Under the pieces are notes generated by a model that saw nothing but the letters and a program-made list of their open reading frames with translations, did not search any database and was not told the origin of the DNA. This document shows positions 1 to 10,019 of a stretch of DNA of 64,000 nt, piece after piece (position 1 is the first letter of the stretch; each line of letters opens with the position of its first letter). The translations under genes and the position numbers were made by a program. The DNA lies in the NCBI GenBank assembly GCA_964291235.2, contig OZ219816.1:1888001-1952000 (forward strand). Direction: 5' to 3'. The stretch comes from Vicinamibacteria bacterium. GTDB taxonomy: Bacteria; Acidobacteriota; Vicinamibacteria; Marinacidobacterales; Marinacidobacteraceae.

Positions 1-441
1 TTCATCGACACCATCGTGGTGTGCAGCATGACCGCGTTCGCGGTGCTTTCCTCGGGCATGTGGATGGACGCGGCGTACCAGAACGCCAGTGGCGACCTCA
101 CCGCCGCGGCCTTCTCGGTGTCGATTCCGTTCGCGCCGGTGGTGATCGCGATCTCCTCGTTCCTGTTCGGCTTCTCGACGATCATCGGCTGGTATTACTA
201 CGGCGAGACCTGCTGGGAGTACATGTTCGGCCAGAAGGGCATCTTTTCCTACCGGATCATCTACGTCGCCCTCCTCCTCATCGGCGGGCTCGTGACGGTG
301 GAGACGGTCTGGAACATCGGGACCCTGCTGAACGGCTTCATGGCCTTTCCCAACCTGATCGGCATGTTGTTCCTCGGTGGGGTGGTCGCCAAGAAGACAA
401 ACGAGTACTACGCCGCCGAAAAGGGCGGAGGATCGAGCTGA
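1..441 (+). CDS. Alanine/glycine:cation symporter (AGCS family), 3' part; gene starts before the window
   Basis: Frame open from base 1: FIDTIVVCSMTAF...FGFSTIIGWYYYGE...NGFMAFPNLIG, motifs typical of AGCS C-termini. Confidence 0.9.
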   Translation, partial: FIDTIVVCSMTAFAVLSSGMWMDAAYQNASGDLTAAAFSVSIPFAPVVIAISSFLFGFSTIIGWYYYGETCWEYMFGQKGIFSYRIIYVALLLIGGLVTVETVWNIGTLLNGFMAFPNLIGMLFLGGVVAKKTNEYYAAEKGGGSS

Positions 442-561
442 TCCGGGAAGCCGACAGTGCCCGCCGCCTGGCGGCGGGCGCTCCGCCACTGCGGAGCCTC
501 ACCCCGGCGGCGCTGAGTCGCTCCGCCCGGCGCCCGATGTGCTAGAGATGCACCGCAGCCG

Positions 562-2829
562 ATGACGGACGGTCAGCACCCGCCCCCGGCCGGGACAGCG
601 TCGGGACACGGTTTCGGTACCGCTCCCGTCTTCCTGGCGTCGATCAGCACCATCCTCGGGGCAATCCTCTTTCTGCGGTTCGGCTACGCCGTCTCGGATG
701 TCGGGCTCCTCGGCACCCTGCTGATCATCGCGATCGCGCATCTGGTCACCATCCCGACGGTCCTCGCGGTGTCCGAGATCGCGACGAACCGCCGGGTCGC
801 CGGTGGCGGCGCCTACTACATCATCAGCCGGTCCTTCGGGACCCGGATCGGCGGGGTCATCGGAATCACGCTCTATCTGTCGCAAGCCATCTCGATCGCG
901 TTCTACGTGGTGGCTTTCGGCGAGGCGTTCGGACCGGTGTTCGACTGGATCGAGGCCAACTGGAACGTGGTCGTGGACCCACGGTTCGTGAGCGTTTCGG
1001 CAGCCCTCGGGCTCCTGGTGCTGGTCCTGGCGAGAGGCGCCGACCTCGGGGTCCGGGTGCTGTGGGTGGTCTGCCTGTTACTGGGCGGCTCCGTTGCCGC
1101 CTTCCTGCTCGGCTCGGCTCCCGAAGCGATCCGTCCGGAGAGCTTCAGCCTGACCGCCACCAACGAGAACCCGCACAGCTTCGGGGTGGTGTTCGCGATC
1201 ATCTTCCCCGCCTTCACCGGGATGATCGCGGGCCTCGGGCTATCGGGGGATCTGAAGAATCCACACCGGAGCATTCCCCTGGGAACGATCCTGGCGACCG
1301 TCGTGGGAATGCTCATCTACGTCGTGGTCGCCATCAAGCTGGCCGTCAGCGTCAGCCCGGAGGAACTCCACGCGGACCAGTTCGTCATGGCGAGGATCGC
1401 GCTCTGGGGCCCCGCGATCTACGTGGGGCTCGGGGCAGCCGCCCTTTCCTCCGCGCTCGGCTCGGTCCTGGTCGCGCCGCGCACCCTGCAGGCGCTCGGC
1501 CAGGACAAGGTGCTGCCCTTCCCGGCGCTGAACCGGTTCGTAGCGAAAGGATTCGGGGAGGCGGGCGAACCGCGCTGGGCGGCAGCGCTGTCCGGCGCCG
1601 TCGCGGTCTTCTTCGCGGTGATCGGCGATGTGGACTTCATCGCCCAGATCCTGACGATGTTCTTCCTGGTCACCTACGGCGCGCTCTGCACGGTGTCTTT
1701 CCTGGAGTACTTCGCCGGCAATCCGTCCTATCGGCCGACCTTCCGCACCCGGTGGTACCTCTCGCTCGTCGGGGCAATCATGTGCGGGGTGCTCATGGTG
1801 CGGATGAACGCCCTCTATGCCCTAATCGCGTTCTCGGTGATGTGGCTCATCTACCTGGGACTGAGTCGCTCGCGCCGCGGCGAGCGGGACTTCGCCGCCA
1901 TCTTCCAGGGCACCATCTTCCAGCTCACCCGACGGCTCCGCATCACTCTCCAGAAGAACCGGGTGGAACGGGCCGCCGGGGGCTGGCGGCCGTCGGTGGT
2001 CGCGGTAACCCGGCACGGGGAACGGCTGGGTCACTTCGACCTCCTGCGCTGGATCAGCCACCGGCACGGCTTCGGCCATTTCGTCCGCTACTTCGAGGGG
2101 GACTATTCCCTCGCCACCACCCGGGAGGCCCGTGCGGAAGTGCGCAGCCTGATCGGCCAGACGGAAGCCAGTGGAGCGGGTGTCTATGTGGACTCCCTCA
2201 TCAGCCCGTCGTTCCCGCTCGCGCTCGCCCAATCGCTCCAGATGCCGGGAATCTCCGGACTACCCAACAACTGCCTGCTGCTGGAGTTCGACAAGCCGCG
2301 GCGGGAGGAAATTGCGGAGACCGTCCAGGGAGCCCGAACCGCGGTGGACACCGGGTTCAACGCCCTGGTCCTCCGCTCCACCAGCCATCGCTTCGGCTAT
2401 CGCTCGTCCATCCACCTGTGGTTGACCGAGGACAACTTCGACAATGCGCCTCTCATGCTGCTGCTCGCCTACATCATTGTGGGACACCCGGAATGGAAGC
2501 GCGCCGAGATCCAGGTGTTCGAGTGCTGCGATCTGAGCTCGAGCGAGCATCAGAACCATGACCTCGCGGGGCTGCTGTCGCAGGAGCGCCTGCCCATCTC
2601 GGAGCAGAACCGAATGACGATCGGCTACCGCGGCGACGAGGACCTTGAGGAAGAGGTTTCACGGCGGTCCGCACGAGCCGACCTGGTGATCGCCGGAATC
2701 CCGGCCGCGACGCTCAGGGGAGAGGAAGCGGAGCGGGCGCTCCGCGGCTACGCATCCACGAACGACGTGCTGTTCGTCAGCGGGGTAGAGCAGATTTCGC
2801 TGGCGGACGGAGGCGCGGGCGGCGGATAG
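562..2829 (+). CDS. Amino-acid permease / cation-chloride cotransporter (SLC12-like) family transporter
   Basis: STILGAILFLRFGYAV, GGGAYYIISRSFG and FPAFTGMIAG motifs; about 12 TM segments plus a cytoplasmic C-terminal domain starting at WRPS. Confidence 0.85.
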   Translation: MTDGQHPPPAGTASGHGFGTAPVFLASISTILGAILFLRFGYAVSDVGLLGTLLIIAIAHLVTIPTVLAVSEIATNRRVAGGGAYYIISRSFGTRIGGVIGITLYLSQAISIAFYVVAFGEAFGPVFDWIEANWNVVVDPRFVSVSAALGLLVLVLARGADLGVRVLWVVCLLLGGSVAAFLLGSAPEAIRPESFSLTATNENPHSFGVVFAIIFPAFTGMIAGLGLSGDLKNPHRSIPLGTILATVVGMLIYVVVAIKLAVSVSPEELHADQFVMARIALWGPAIYVGLGAAALSSALGSVLVAPRTLQALGQDKVLPFPALNRFVAKGFGEAGEPRWAAALSGAVAVFFAVIGDVDFIAQILTMFFLVTYGALCTVSFLEYFAGNPSYRPTFRTRWYLSLVGAIMCGVLMVRMNALYALIAFSVMWLIYLGLSRSRRGERDFAAIFQGTIFQLTRRLRITLQKNRVERAAGGWRPSVVAVTRHGERLGHFDLLRWISHRHGFGHFVRYFEGDYSLATTREARAEVRSLIGQTEASGAGVYVDSLISPSFPLALAQSLQMPGISGLPNNCLLLEFDKPRREEIAETVQGARTAVDTGFNALVLRSTSHRFGYRSSIHLWLTEDNFDNAPLMLLLAYIIVGHPEWKRAEIQVFECCDLSSSEHQNHDLAGLLSQERLPISEQNRMTIGYRGDEDLEEEVSRRSARADLVIAGIPAATLRGEEAERALRGYASTNDVLFVSGVEQISLADGGAGGG

Positions 2830-2917
2830 AAGCCGGGCGAACCGGGGCGATAGGAGTTTCGCCCGCTGCGCAGGCGATGCCGGTGCGATGACCGGCCCAG
2901 TGGTGGGGGTTCCTCGC

Positions 2918-3322
2918 CTACTTCCAGACGGACAGCAAGAGCGCCTGCCCCATCAGCGCGACGAAGTTGTAGGCGACGTTCATCACCGCGAGTCCGGATT
3001 TCCGCTTCTCGAACGCCACCGACTGGTGCGACACCGGGATCACGAAGGCGATCGTGGCGACGAGGGCGGCGTGGACACCGTGGAGCGGGCCGCTGAAGCC
3101 GTCGAGCAGCACCGCGAGGCCGAAGGCGGACGCGATGGCGAACAGGAATGACCCGCCGTAGGTCTTCAGGGGATTGAAGCCCTCGGCGATGGCCTCTTCG
3201 GTGGTCTCCATGAGCGCCAGCCAGCGCTTCCCGAAGATCGGGCCGTACCAGAGCGCGCCCACGATCAGCGGCACGATGCCGGCTACGAGAATGGCCAGGT
3301 AGTTGAGGTCGGGTCCGTGCAT
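2918..3322 (-). CDS. DUF1761-like small membrane protein
   Basis: LNYLAILVA...GALWYGPIFGKRW N-terminal motif; 4 TM segments. Confidence 0.75.
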   Translation of the reverse strand: MHGPDLNYLAILVAGIVPLIVGALWYGPIFGKRWLALMETTEEAIAEGFNPLKTYGGSFLFAIASAFGLAVLLDGFSGPLHGVHAALVATIAFVIPVSHQSVAFEKRKSGLAVMNVAYNFVALMGQALLLSVWK

Positions 3323-3334
3323 GGGTTCCTCCCG

Positions 3335-4633
3335 CTATTCGCTGTCGAGATCGTCGCCGGAGACGCTGATCCCTGCTTTTTCGAGCTCCCAGAGCACCGC
3401 ATCCGCGAATTCGTCGAGGGTCGGCAGCCGCCGCCCATTGATGAATAGCGTCGGGGTACCGGTGATTCCGAGTCGCATTGCCTCGGCGATGTCGGACTGG
3501 AGCGCCGCTTCCGCCTGAGGCTCGGCCAGGCAGGCCCGGAAGGCTGCTTCGTCGAGCCCGGCGCCCACCGCGATGCGGACCACATCGTCCACATCCGGTC
3601 CATTCGGCGGGGCCCGATAGACGGCATCGTGATACTCCCAGAACCCACCCAGAAGGTTGGCGCAGGTCCCGCCGCGCGCCACCTCGCAGGCGCCGGGGTG
3701 CATCACGCGCGGGAGGTGCGCGGAGCACGTCGAATCGAGCGGATAGCTCCGGTAGTAGAGGGCGATGTGGGGACCCGTGGGGCCTTCCACGTATTGATCG
3801 AAGGCCAGCGCGAAGCGCCGGCAGGACGGACAGAGAAAGTCCGAAAAGGTGACGATCTTCACCGGGGCGTCGGAATCCCCCTTGACGGGTAGCCCGTCGA
3901 GCGAAACTTCCTGCACCCGCTGCTGTTGAAACGAGGGATTCCTCCACTGCGGCAAGACGCCGGCGCCTTGTACCGGCAGCGCGCGGGGGACATCCTCCGA
4001 AGCCGCCGAGCGGACTCCCAGGATCGAGAGGTCAACGGAGGTCTCGGCGCGGTCGCCGAGGCCGGTATTGATCACCAGCACGGCCGCGGCGACCAGGCAG
4101 GCGGCGAGCCAGAACGCGCGAATCGCGAATCGTTCCACGGCAAACTGCGGATCCGCCGCCGGCGCCGGCGTTCCCCCCGGCCGCCGGCGGGCCGGCAACA
4201 GGAACCAGAAGGCCGCCGCGTTGGCTCCGTAGGTCCAGATGCAGAGCGAACAGAAGCTGCCGATGGCGAGCGCCTGAACGCCGAACAGGAACAGATCCAC
4301 GAGGAGCGCCAGGCTCACGAGACCGAGCGCCAGGCGGCCGGGCCGGCTGGAAAGCGGGGCCTTCCCGAGCAGGGCAAGCGCCAGCAAAAACCCGAGGGAG
4401 ACGAAGAACGCGAGCCCCACCGCGGCAAGGGGAACCCCCGCCACCGCGGACCAGGAACTCGCGGCTACTTCCTCACAGCCCGAGTTCATCGGATCGCAGG
4501 CGGCCGCGGCGAGGGCGCCCGCATCGAGGCCGTGATGCCGGAGAAGCAGGACTCCCGAAACCACCGCGCCGAAGGTGGCCGCGGCAAAGGCGAGTCCAAG
4601 ACGAACGGTGTCCGTTACGCGAGAAAAGGGCAT
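3335..4633 (-). CDS. VKOR family membrane domain fused to a DsbA/thioredoxin domain
   Basis: N-terminal C...C..V..S.WS loop and CSLC in a TM segment (VKOR); C-terminal FSDFLCPSC and GITGTPT (DsbA). ATG at 4633 preferred over the ORF-track start at 4654. Confidence 0.85.
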   Translation of the reverse strand: MPFSRVTDTVRLGLAFAAATFGAVVSGVLLLRHHGLDAGALAAAACDPMNSGCEEVAASSWSAVAGVPLAAVGLAFFVSLGFLLALALLGKAPLSSRPGRLALGLVSLALLVDLFLFGVQALAIGSFCSLCIWTYGANAAAFWFLLPARRRPGGTPAPAADPQFAVERFAIRAFWLAACLVAAAVLVINTGLGDRAETSVDLSILGVRSAASEDVPRALPVQGAGVLPQWRNPSFQQQRVQEVSLDGLPVKGDSDAPVKIVTFSDFLCPSCRRFALAFDQYVEGPTGPHIALYYRSYPLDSTCSAHLPRVMHPGACEVARGGTCANLLGGFWEYHDAVYRAPPNGPDVDDVVRIAVGAGLDEAAFRACLAEPQAEAALQSDIAEAMRLGITGTPTLFINGRRLPTLDEFADAVLWELEKAGISVSGDDLDSE

Positions 4634-4707
4634 GGGAGCCCGGAGTTTATCCACCGTCGCCGGCCTTGAAAGGAATCCGCGGGAGAGCCCGACCCGCCTG
4701 GGTTCCG

Positions 4708-5376
4708 CTACCTGCCGCGCACCTCTCGTTCGTAGCCGACAACGTAGTCGGGCGCACCAATGCCTTCCCTCAGATCCGGCGCCGGCTCCGGCGGCCCGAA
4801 AGTCGTTCTCACCGGGACCAGGCCGGCCCAGCAGGACAGCGCGAGGTCCTCATCATCGTCGGCGGGAGGCCCGGTCCGCACTTTGGCAGTTGCCTCGCTG
4901 ATGGGGATGGACGCAACCAGCGTCGCCTTGAGTTCCACGGCGTTGGTCGGCCGGGCATCTCCGTGTCGCCCCGGCACCAACCGGCTCAGCAGGACATCAA
5001 GGGCGCGCATCTTCTCGCCTTCGTCGGCGACCTCTTCGGTGCGCCCGAGCACCACCACCGAGCGGTAGTTCATCGAATGGTGGAAATAGGACCGGGCAAG
5101 GACGAGGGCGTCCAGCAGGGTCACGGTGACCGCGGCCTCGGTTCCGGCGACGAGCTGACGCATCAACCGGCTCGCCGACGAGCCGTGCAGCAGCAGGCGA
5201 TCCCCGTCGCGGGCGTATCCCATGGGAATCACGAATGGCGAACCCTCGTGGACGAAACCGACATGCGCCACGATGCCCTCGTCGAGGATCGAATCGATCA
5301 CCGTCCGGTCGTGCGAGCCCCGTTGCGGCAGCCGCCGGACACGGCTGCGGGGCGTCCGCTGGATTTCGGAAGCCAT
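4708..5376 (-). CDS. Pyridoxamine 5'-phosphate oxidase-like FMN-binding protein
   Basis: ILDEGIVAHVGF, LLHGSSASRLM, HHSMNYRSVVVLG motifs. Confidence 0.85.
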   Translation of the reverse strand: MASEIQRTPRSRVRRLPQRGSHDRTVIDSILDEGIVAHVGFVHEGSPFVIPMGYARDGDRLLLHGSSASRLMRQLVAGTEAAVTVTLLDALVLARSYFHHSMNYRSVVVLGRTEEVADEGEKMRALDVLLSRLVPGRHGDARPTNAVELKATLVASIPISEATAKVRTGPPADDDEDLALSCWAGLVPVRTTFGPPEPAPDLREGIGAPDYVVGYEREVRGR

Positions 5377-5400
5377 TGTCTCCCGAGTCTAGCGGTGGTC

Positions 5401-6531
5401 CTACAGGTCGGTACGCAGCGAGAGCCGACTCCGCAACATCGCGACGGTTACCACGCCCACGAACCGTCCGGCATCGAGGACCGCCAGGGACCGCCGGCCT
5501 TCGGAGAGGAGAGTCACGGCGCGGATGGCCGCGTCCTCCGGGGACAGCGTCGTGGCCAGGATGTCCGTACGCATGAGATCCCCGGCGGTGAGCCGCTCCA
5601 GTTCGTCCGCCGACCGCCGCCGCAGATCCTCGACGCGGACGGCTCCCACGAGGTCCGCCTCATCGAGCACCGGGATTTCGGAGTGGGGCGTTTCCAGCGT
5701 TGCCAGTTCGAGGCCGGAGGCATCTCTCGGAACCGAAAGGATGCGGTAGTCGAGCAGGTGGGCCGCCGTAACTCCCTCGAGCGTCTTGGCGAGCCAGACG
5801 TGGCGGGTCACCTCCCGCGACGTCCGCCGGAGGTGGAGCCCGATGAGGACAAACCAGGCGCCGAGCACCAGTCCAATCGCGCCCCCCGCCGTACCGCTGC
5901 CGCCAAAGAGCGCCAGCGCGCCGAACGCGATCATCAAGAGCCCAAACGCGCCGCCGGTAGCCGCAACCGCCCGGGTGGCGGCCAGGGGACGGTCCCAGAC
6001 CGCCCAGAGAGCGGCCCGCAGAATCCGGCCGCCGTCCAGGGGAACCGCCGGGATCAGGTTGAACGTCAGCAGCAGGCCATTGATCAGCGCAAGGTTGTTC
6101 GCCACGGCGACGACCGCGGACGCGTCCGCGCTGACGAGTGCCGAGGTGGCGAGGAACAACAACAGGAGGAACAGGGTGGCGAATGGCCCCGCGAGAGCGA
6201 TCCGGAGTTCCGCCGCCGCACCCCGCGGATGCCCTTCCAGCTCCGTAGCCCCTCCGAACACCCGGAGCGTAATTCCGGAAACCTTCAGCCCCGTTCGCGC
6301 CGCCGCGGCGGCATGGGCCAGTTCGTGAATCAGGACGGACCCGAGGAGCAGCACGCTGGTCACCACGCCGAGGGCGGCGGCGCCCGCTGCCGATAGCCCG
6401 GGAACACCCCGGTAGTAGAGCACCGCAAAGAGCGCCGAGACGACGCTCGCGGTCAGCAACCACGAATAGTGGATACGGATCGGAAACGGAAGCCAGAGTT
6501 GGCGGACTCCCGGCCGCCCTGCCCTGGTCAC
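5401..6531 (-). CDS. Site-2 protease (M50) with CBS domains
   Basis: HELAH zinc motif, FNLIPAVPLDGGR, C-terminal CBS pair. Confidence 0.9.
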   Translation of the reverse strand: MTRAGRPGVRQLWLPFPIRIHYSWLLTASVVSALFAVLYYRGVPGLSAAGAAALGVVTSVLLLGSVLIHELAHAAAAARTGLKVSGITLRVFGGATELEGHPRGAAAELRIALAGPFATLFLLLLFLATSALVSADASAVVAVANNLALINGLLLTFNLIPAVPLDGGRILRAALWAVWDRPLAATRAVAATGGAFGLLMIAFGALALFGGSGTAGGAIGLVLGAWFVLIGLHLRRTSREVTRHVWLAKTLEGVTAAHLLDYRILSVPRDASGLELATLETPHSEIPVLDEADLVGAVRVEDLRRRSADELERLTAGDLMRTDILATTLSPEDAAIRAVTLLSEGRRSLAVLDAGRFVGVVTVAMLRSRLSLRTDL

Positions 6532-7925
6532 GGAACCTGTCTCCCGGAAGCCGGCCGTTGCCGGTCTCGCGACAGGATCAGGATGCGCTCTCCCGGACCG
6601 AGTGGCTCACGCAGCCAACTCCGATTCAGGGATTCCACGGCGGCGAGCGGCCCGTCGATCCTCCCCTCGGCGGCGAGTCGGTCGAGTGCGTCCCGTACCG
6701 AACCCGCCTCATCCACGGCCAGCGCGGCGATCCGCAGCGGCCCCGGCACCGGCGTGTCCCGAAGCCGGTCGGCGCTCCCGACGACAGCCATGAAAAGGGC
6801 CTCACAGGCGTCAAAGCGCCGGCGCCCGCAAGCGAGACTCACTTCCACCAGGGACCCCTCCGAGCGGAGGAGCGCGACGAGCCCGGGGGAGGCGCCGGGA
6901 ACGGTCCCGGATGCGGAACCGTTCCGGGCGCCGGGCTCCGCTCCGCGGTCCCGGTTCACCGGTACCGCATCCGGATCCACCGCGGCCCGCGGGTCCTCGG
7001 CCGACAGCGGCTGCACACGACCCCGCACCGCGGTGAAGCCGCGGAACCGGAGCGCCTCGACAAACGTCGCCTCCGCTCCGCGACCGCCCGCCGCCTGGCG
7101 GAGGCGGGCTCCCAGATCCGCCAGCTCGGCGCGGTGCTCGGCTGTCCGGCTCCCCGCCGTTGCCGCGGTGAATGCCGCCGCCGGTATCTCCCGGACGGTG
7201 AGGCCCAGTGGCTCGGCCCCTCGGATCGCGCGGAAGACGCCGCGCCCCGCGGGCTCGAACGCGCTCTCCTCCGGCAGGGACAGCCGGAGATCGGCCTTCG
7301 GCAACAGCAGTTCCGGTCCGTCTGCCACGCCGAACTCGATGGGTTCCCCGAAGAGCAGCCCGTCCAGGAGGTCCATCCAGCGCTCCCGGCCGGTGGCCGG
7401 GTCGGCAGGATCGTCCTCGGGATCCGGCTCGGCCGGCAGCGTCAGGCGGATCGGTTGCTCGACGAGCCCCTCTCCGGGCACCGGCCGGAAACCGCCGCTC
7501 GCGAAGGTCGTCGCCGCGGACTGGAACAACGCGACGAGCGCCGGCTCGCCCGGCAAGGCGGCCAGCGCGCCGCGGGAAACGAAGATCGTCCGGTCCGCGA
7601 ACAAGAACGCCGCTGGTTTCGGATCGTCGAGGACGTGAAATCGCCAGCCCTCCCCCAAAGTCGCAACCACGCCGTTTCCGGCGGCAAACAGCGGAGCCTC
7701 GGCGAGCGCTTCGAGACCGACCTCCGAAACCCGCGCAGTGAGCGCGGGGTCCCGCACGACGGGACGGCCTTCCGCGAAAGCGAGGCGGGCGCGCTCGGCG
7801 GCGTGAATCGCTGCCGCGTCGGGCGGGACCGCGACCGGGCCCGAGGTGGTCGCGCAACCCGCGCCAGCAAGGCTTCCGAGAAACGCGACGACCGGGTACA
7901 ACCCGGGAAAGAGCTTCCGGGTCAC
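6528..7925 (-). CDS. Lipoprotein resembling M48 metalloproteases but lacking HExxH
   Basis: Lipobox LAGAGC; WRFHVLDDPKPAAF...IFVSRGALA and LDGLLFGE resemble M48 proteins; 4-nt overlap with the M50 gene. Confidence 0.55.
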   Translation of the reverse strand: MTRKLFPGLYPVVAFLGSLAGAGCATTSGPVAVPPDAAAIHAAERARLAFAEGRPVVRDPALTARVSEVGLEALAEAPLFAAGNGVVATLGEGWRFHVLDDPKPAAFLFADRTIFVSRGALAALPGEPALVALFQSAATTFASGGFRPVPGEGLVEQPIRLTLPAEPDPEDDPADPATGRERWMDLLDGLLFGEPIEFGVADGPELLLPKADLRLSLPEESAFEPAGRGVFRAIRGAEPLGLTVREIPAAAFTAATAGSRTAEHRAELADLGARLRQAAGGRGAEATFVEALRFRGFTAVRGRVQPLSAEDPRAAVDPDAVPVNRDRGAEPGARNGSASGTVPGASPGLVALLRSEGSLVEVSLACGRRRFDACEALFMAVVGSADRLRDTPVPGPLRIAALAVDEAGSVRDALDRLAAEGRIDGPLAAVESLNRSWLREPLGPGERILILSRDRQRPASGRQVP

Positions 7926-7949
7926 GCGAATTCCAGAAGGTTCGACCGA

Positions 7950-8134
7950 TAACAGCCTGTGGTGAAACGCACGTGAGCACCGAGACAGGTGAGGCGCCCG
8001 GCTGACGAGGCGCGTGAGGGAGGAATACCGAGTGTATTTCGACCGAAACGCAACGATGAGCGCCTCGTAGAGGCGCGGTTCAGCCGGGATGGATCGCCCG
8101 TCGAATGCCGCGTGGGTTTCACCACAGGCTGTTA
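7950..8134. mobile_element. 185-bp MITE-like element with perfect 19-bp terminal inverted repeats
   Basis: TAACAGCCTGTGGTGAAAC (7950-7968) and GTTTCACCACAGGCTGTTA (8116-8134); no credible ORF; related internal segment at 46565-46631. Confidence 0.7.
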
Positions 8135-8198
8135 CCGGTGGAACAGTTCAGGGTGACGGGACACGAATCCCGCCCCGCGGCGGTGGCTGGAAACCCAG

Positions 8199-8456
8199 TC
8201 AGGCGTAGTAGTTCGTGTTGATGTCCCGGTAGTCGGACCACTCCTCGGGCAATTCCTCGTCCGGGAAGATGGCCGTCACCGGGCACGCCGGTTCGCAGGC
8301 ACCGCAGTCGATGCAGGTGTCGGGATCGATATAGAGCTGGGTAGCCTCTTCAAACCCGTCCTCGTCACTCGTGGGGTGGATGCAATCGACCGGACAAACG
8401 TCCACACACGCGGTATCTTTGGTCCCAATGCAGGGTTCGGCGATCCAGTAAGACAT
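8199..8456 (-). CDS. Dicluster (7Fe-type) ferredoxin
   Basis: C-x7-CVDVCPVDC and CIDCGACEPACP motifs; acidic, 85 aa. Confidence 0.92.
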   Translation of the reverse strand: MSYWIAEPCIGTKDTACVDVCPVDCIHPTSDEDGFEEATQLYIDPDTCIDCGACEPACPVTAIFPDEELPEEWSDYRDINTNYYA

Positions 8457-8519
8457 CGTAGGAAGCTGCCTCCTCAGACAGACACAAACAGAGTGGTCAG
8501 GGCGTTATTGGCTCCTGGC

Positions 8520-10016
8520 TCAGCCGAGTTCAAGAAGTTTCTGCGAGTACTCGGTGACCCGATCCAGGGAACCCCAGAATAGTAATCCAAGAAGGTTCGG
8601 GACGACGAGCACCGCGAGCAAACCGACATCGAGGCGGCTGAACGCGAGAGCCGGTGTTGGTCCGGATTCCTGGTCGATCACCATGATCCGCAGGACCTTC
8701 ACGTAGTAGAAGGCGGCCACCGCGCTGTTCAGCACCCCGATCACAGCGAGCCAGCCGAGGCCGGCGTTGATCACCGCCGCGAAGACGTACCACTTGGCGA
8801 GGAAGCCGGCGAAGGGGGGAATCCCCATCAAGGAGAAGAGGAAAATCCCCATCGCGACAGTGAGCAGCGGCGACCGCTTCCAAAAACCCGCGTAACCGCT
8901 GATCTCGAAGCTCCCGGTGACCCGGTGGGCCAGAATCACCACCAGGAAGGCTCCGAGGTTCATGAAGAGGTAGATGGCCAGGTAGGCCACGATGGCCTGC
9001 ACGCCTTCCACCGAAAGCACGCACGCCGCCATCAGCATGGTCCCGGCATGGGCGATCGAGGAGTAGGCGAGCAGCCGCTTCACGTTGGTCTGGAGGAGAG
9101 CCGCCACGTTCCCGAGGGTCATGGTGATGACCGAGAGGATCATCAACAGAAGCTGCCAGTCGGCGCCCCCCACCGGGGCAATCGTTCCGCCGCCCGTGGG
9201 CTCCGCCATTCCGAGGAAGAAGAAGCGGATCAGGACGGCGAACCCGGCGGCCTTCGGGCCGACCGACAAGAACGCGGTAACCGGGGTGGGGGCCCCGGTG
9301 TACACGTCGGGACACCAGAAATGGAAGGGCGCGGCGGCGATCTTGAACCCGATTCCGGCGGCGATCAGGATCAGAACGAACAGCAGCCCCGGCCCGAAAG
9401 CGCCGTCGGCCAGGGCGGCCCGCACTTCGTAGAGATCGAGGGTGCCGGTCATTCCGTAGAGGAGCGAGAGCCCGAAGAGCATGGCCCCCGTAGAGACCGC
9501 CCCGAACAGGATGTACTTGAGCGACGCCTCGTTCGAGAGTCGGTCGGAACTCAGGTAGCCCACCATGAGGTAGGAGGCCACCGAGACCGTCTCAAGCGAC
9601 AGGTAGATCATCACCAGGTTGACGGAGCCCGCCATCCACATGAGCGCCGCGGTGACGGTGAGCAGCAGCGCCACCATCTCACCCATCCGCACTCCCTCGA
9701 GTTCGCGGGAGCGCATGGTCAGGAGCAACACCACGATGGAGGTGAGAACGAAGACCACCCGGAGCACCCCGAGCAGTCCGTCGTCGGCGACCATCGAGGC
9801 GAAGAGCGCCTGCGGTTCGCCGCTGGCCCCGAGCGCCTGCCAGGAGGCCACGAGGGCTGCCACCAGTCCCGCGAGGGTGATGCCGTTCAGAAGGTTGGTG
9901 TTGTCCTTCAGCGGGCGGCGCTGGGTGAACAGATCCGCGACGATCACGAGGGCCAGAACGGCCATCAGGATCAGTTCGGGAATGAACCGGGAAAGGCTCT
10001 GAAGGGCGTCAGACAT
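8520..10016 (-). CDS. nuoN: NADH-quinone oxidoreductase subunit N
   Basis: EASLKY, GFKIAAAPFHFWCPDVYTGAPTPV, KRLLAYSSIAH. Confidence 0.95.
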   Translation of the reverse strand: MSDALQSLSRFIPELILMAVLALVIVADLFTQRRPLKDNTNLLNGITLAGLVAALVASWQALGASGEPQALFASMVADDGLLGVLRVVFVLTSIVVLLLTMRSRELEGVRMGEMVALLLTVTAALMWMAGSVNLVMIYLSLETVSVASYLMVGYLSSDRLSNEASLKYILFGAVSTGAMLFGLSLLYGMTGTLDLYEVRAALADGAFGPGLLFVLILIAAGIGFKIAAAPFHFWCPDVYTGAPTPVTAFLSVGPKAAGFAVLIRFFFLGMAEPTGGGTIAPVGGADWQLLLMILSVITMTLGNVAALLQTNVKRLLAYSSIAHAGTMLMAACVLSVEGVQAIVAYLAIYLFMNLGAFLVVILAHRVTGSFEISGYAGFWKRSPLLTVAMGIFLFSLMGIPPFAGFLAKWYVFAAVINAGLGWLAVIGVLNSAVAAFYYVKVLRIMVIDQESGPTPALAFSRLDVGLLAVLVVPNLLGLLFWGSLDRVTEYSQKLLELG

Positions 10017-10019
10017 TGC

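Noticed and set aside
7940-8144. 6S RNA or riboswitch (similar size, closed by a long stem)
   Set aside because: The same terminal and internal sequences recur elsewhere in the window, which fits a repeat element better; no recognisable riboswitch consensus. Not formally excluded without an Rfam scan.
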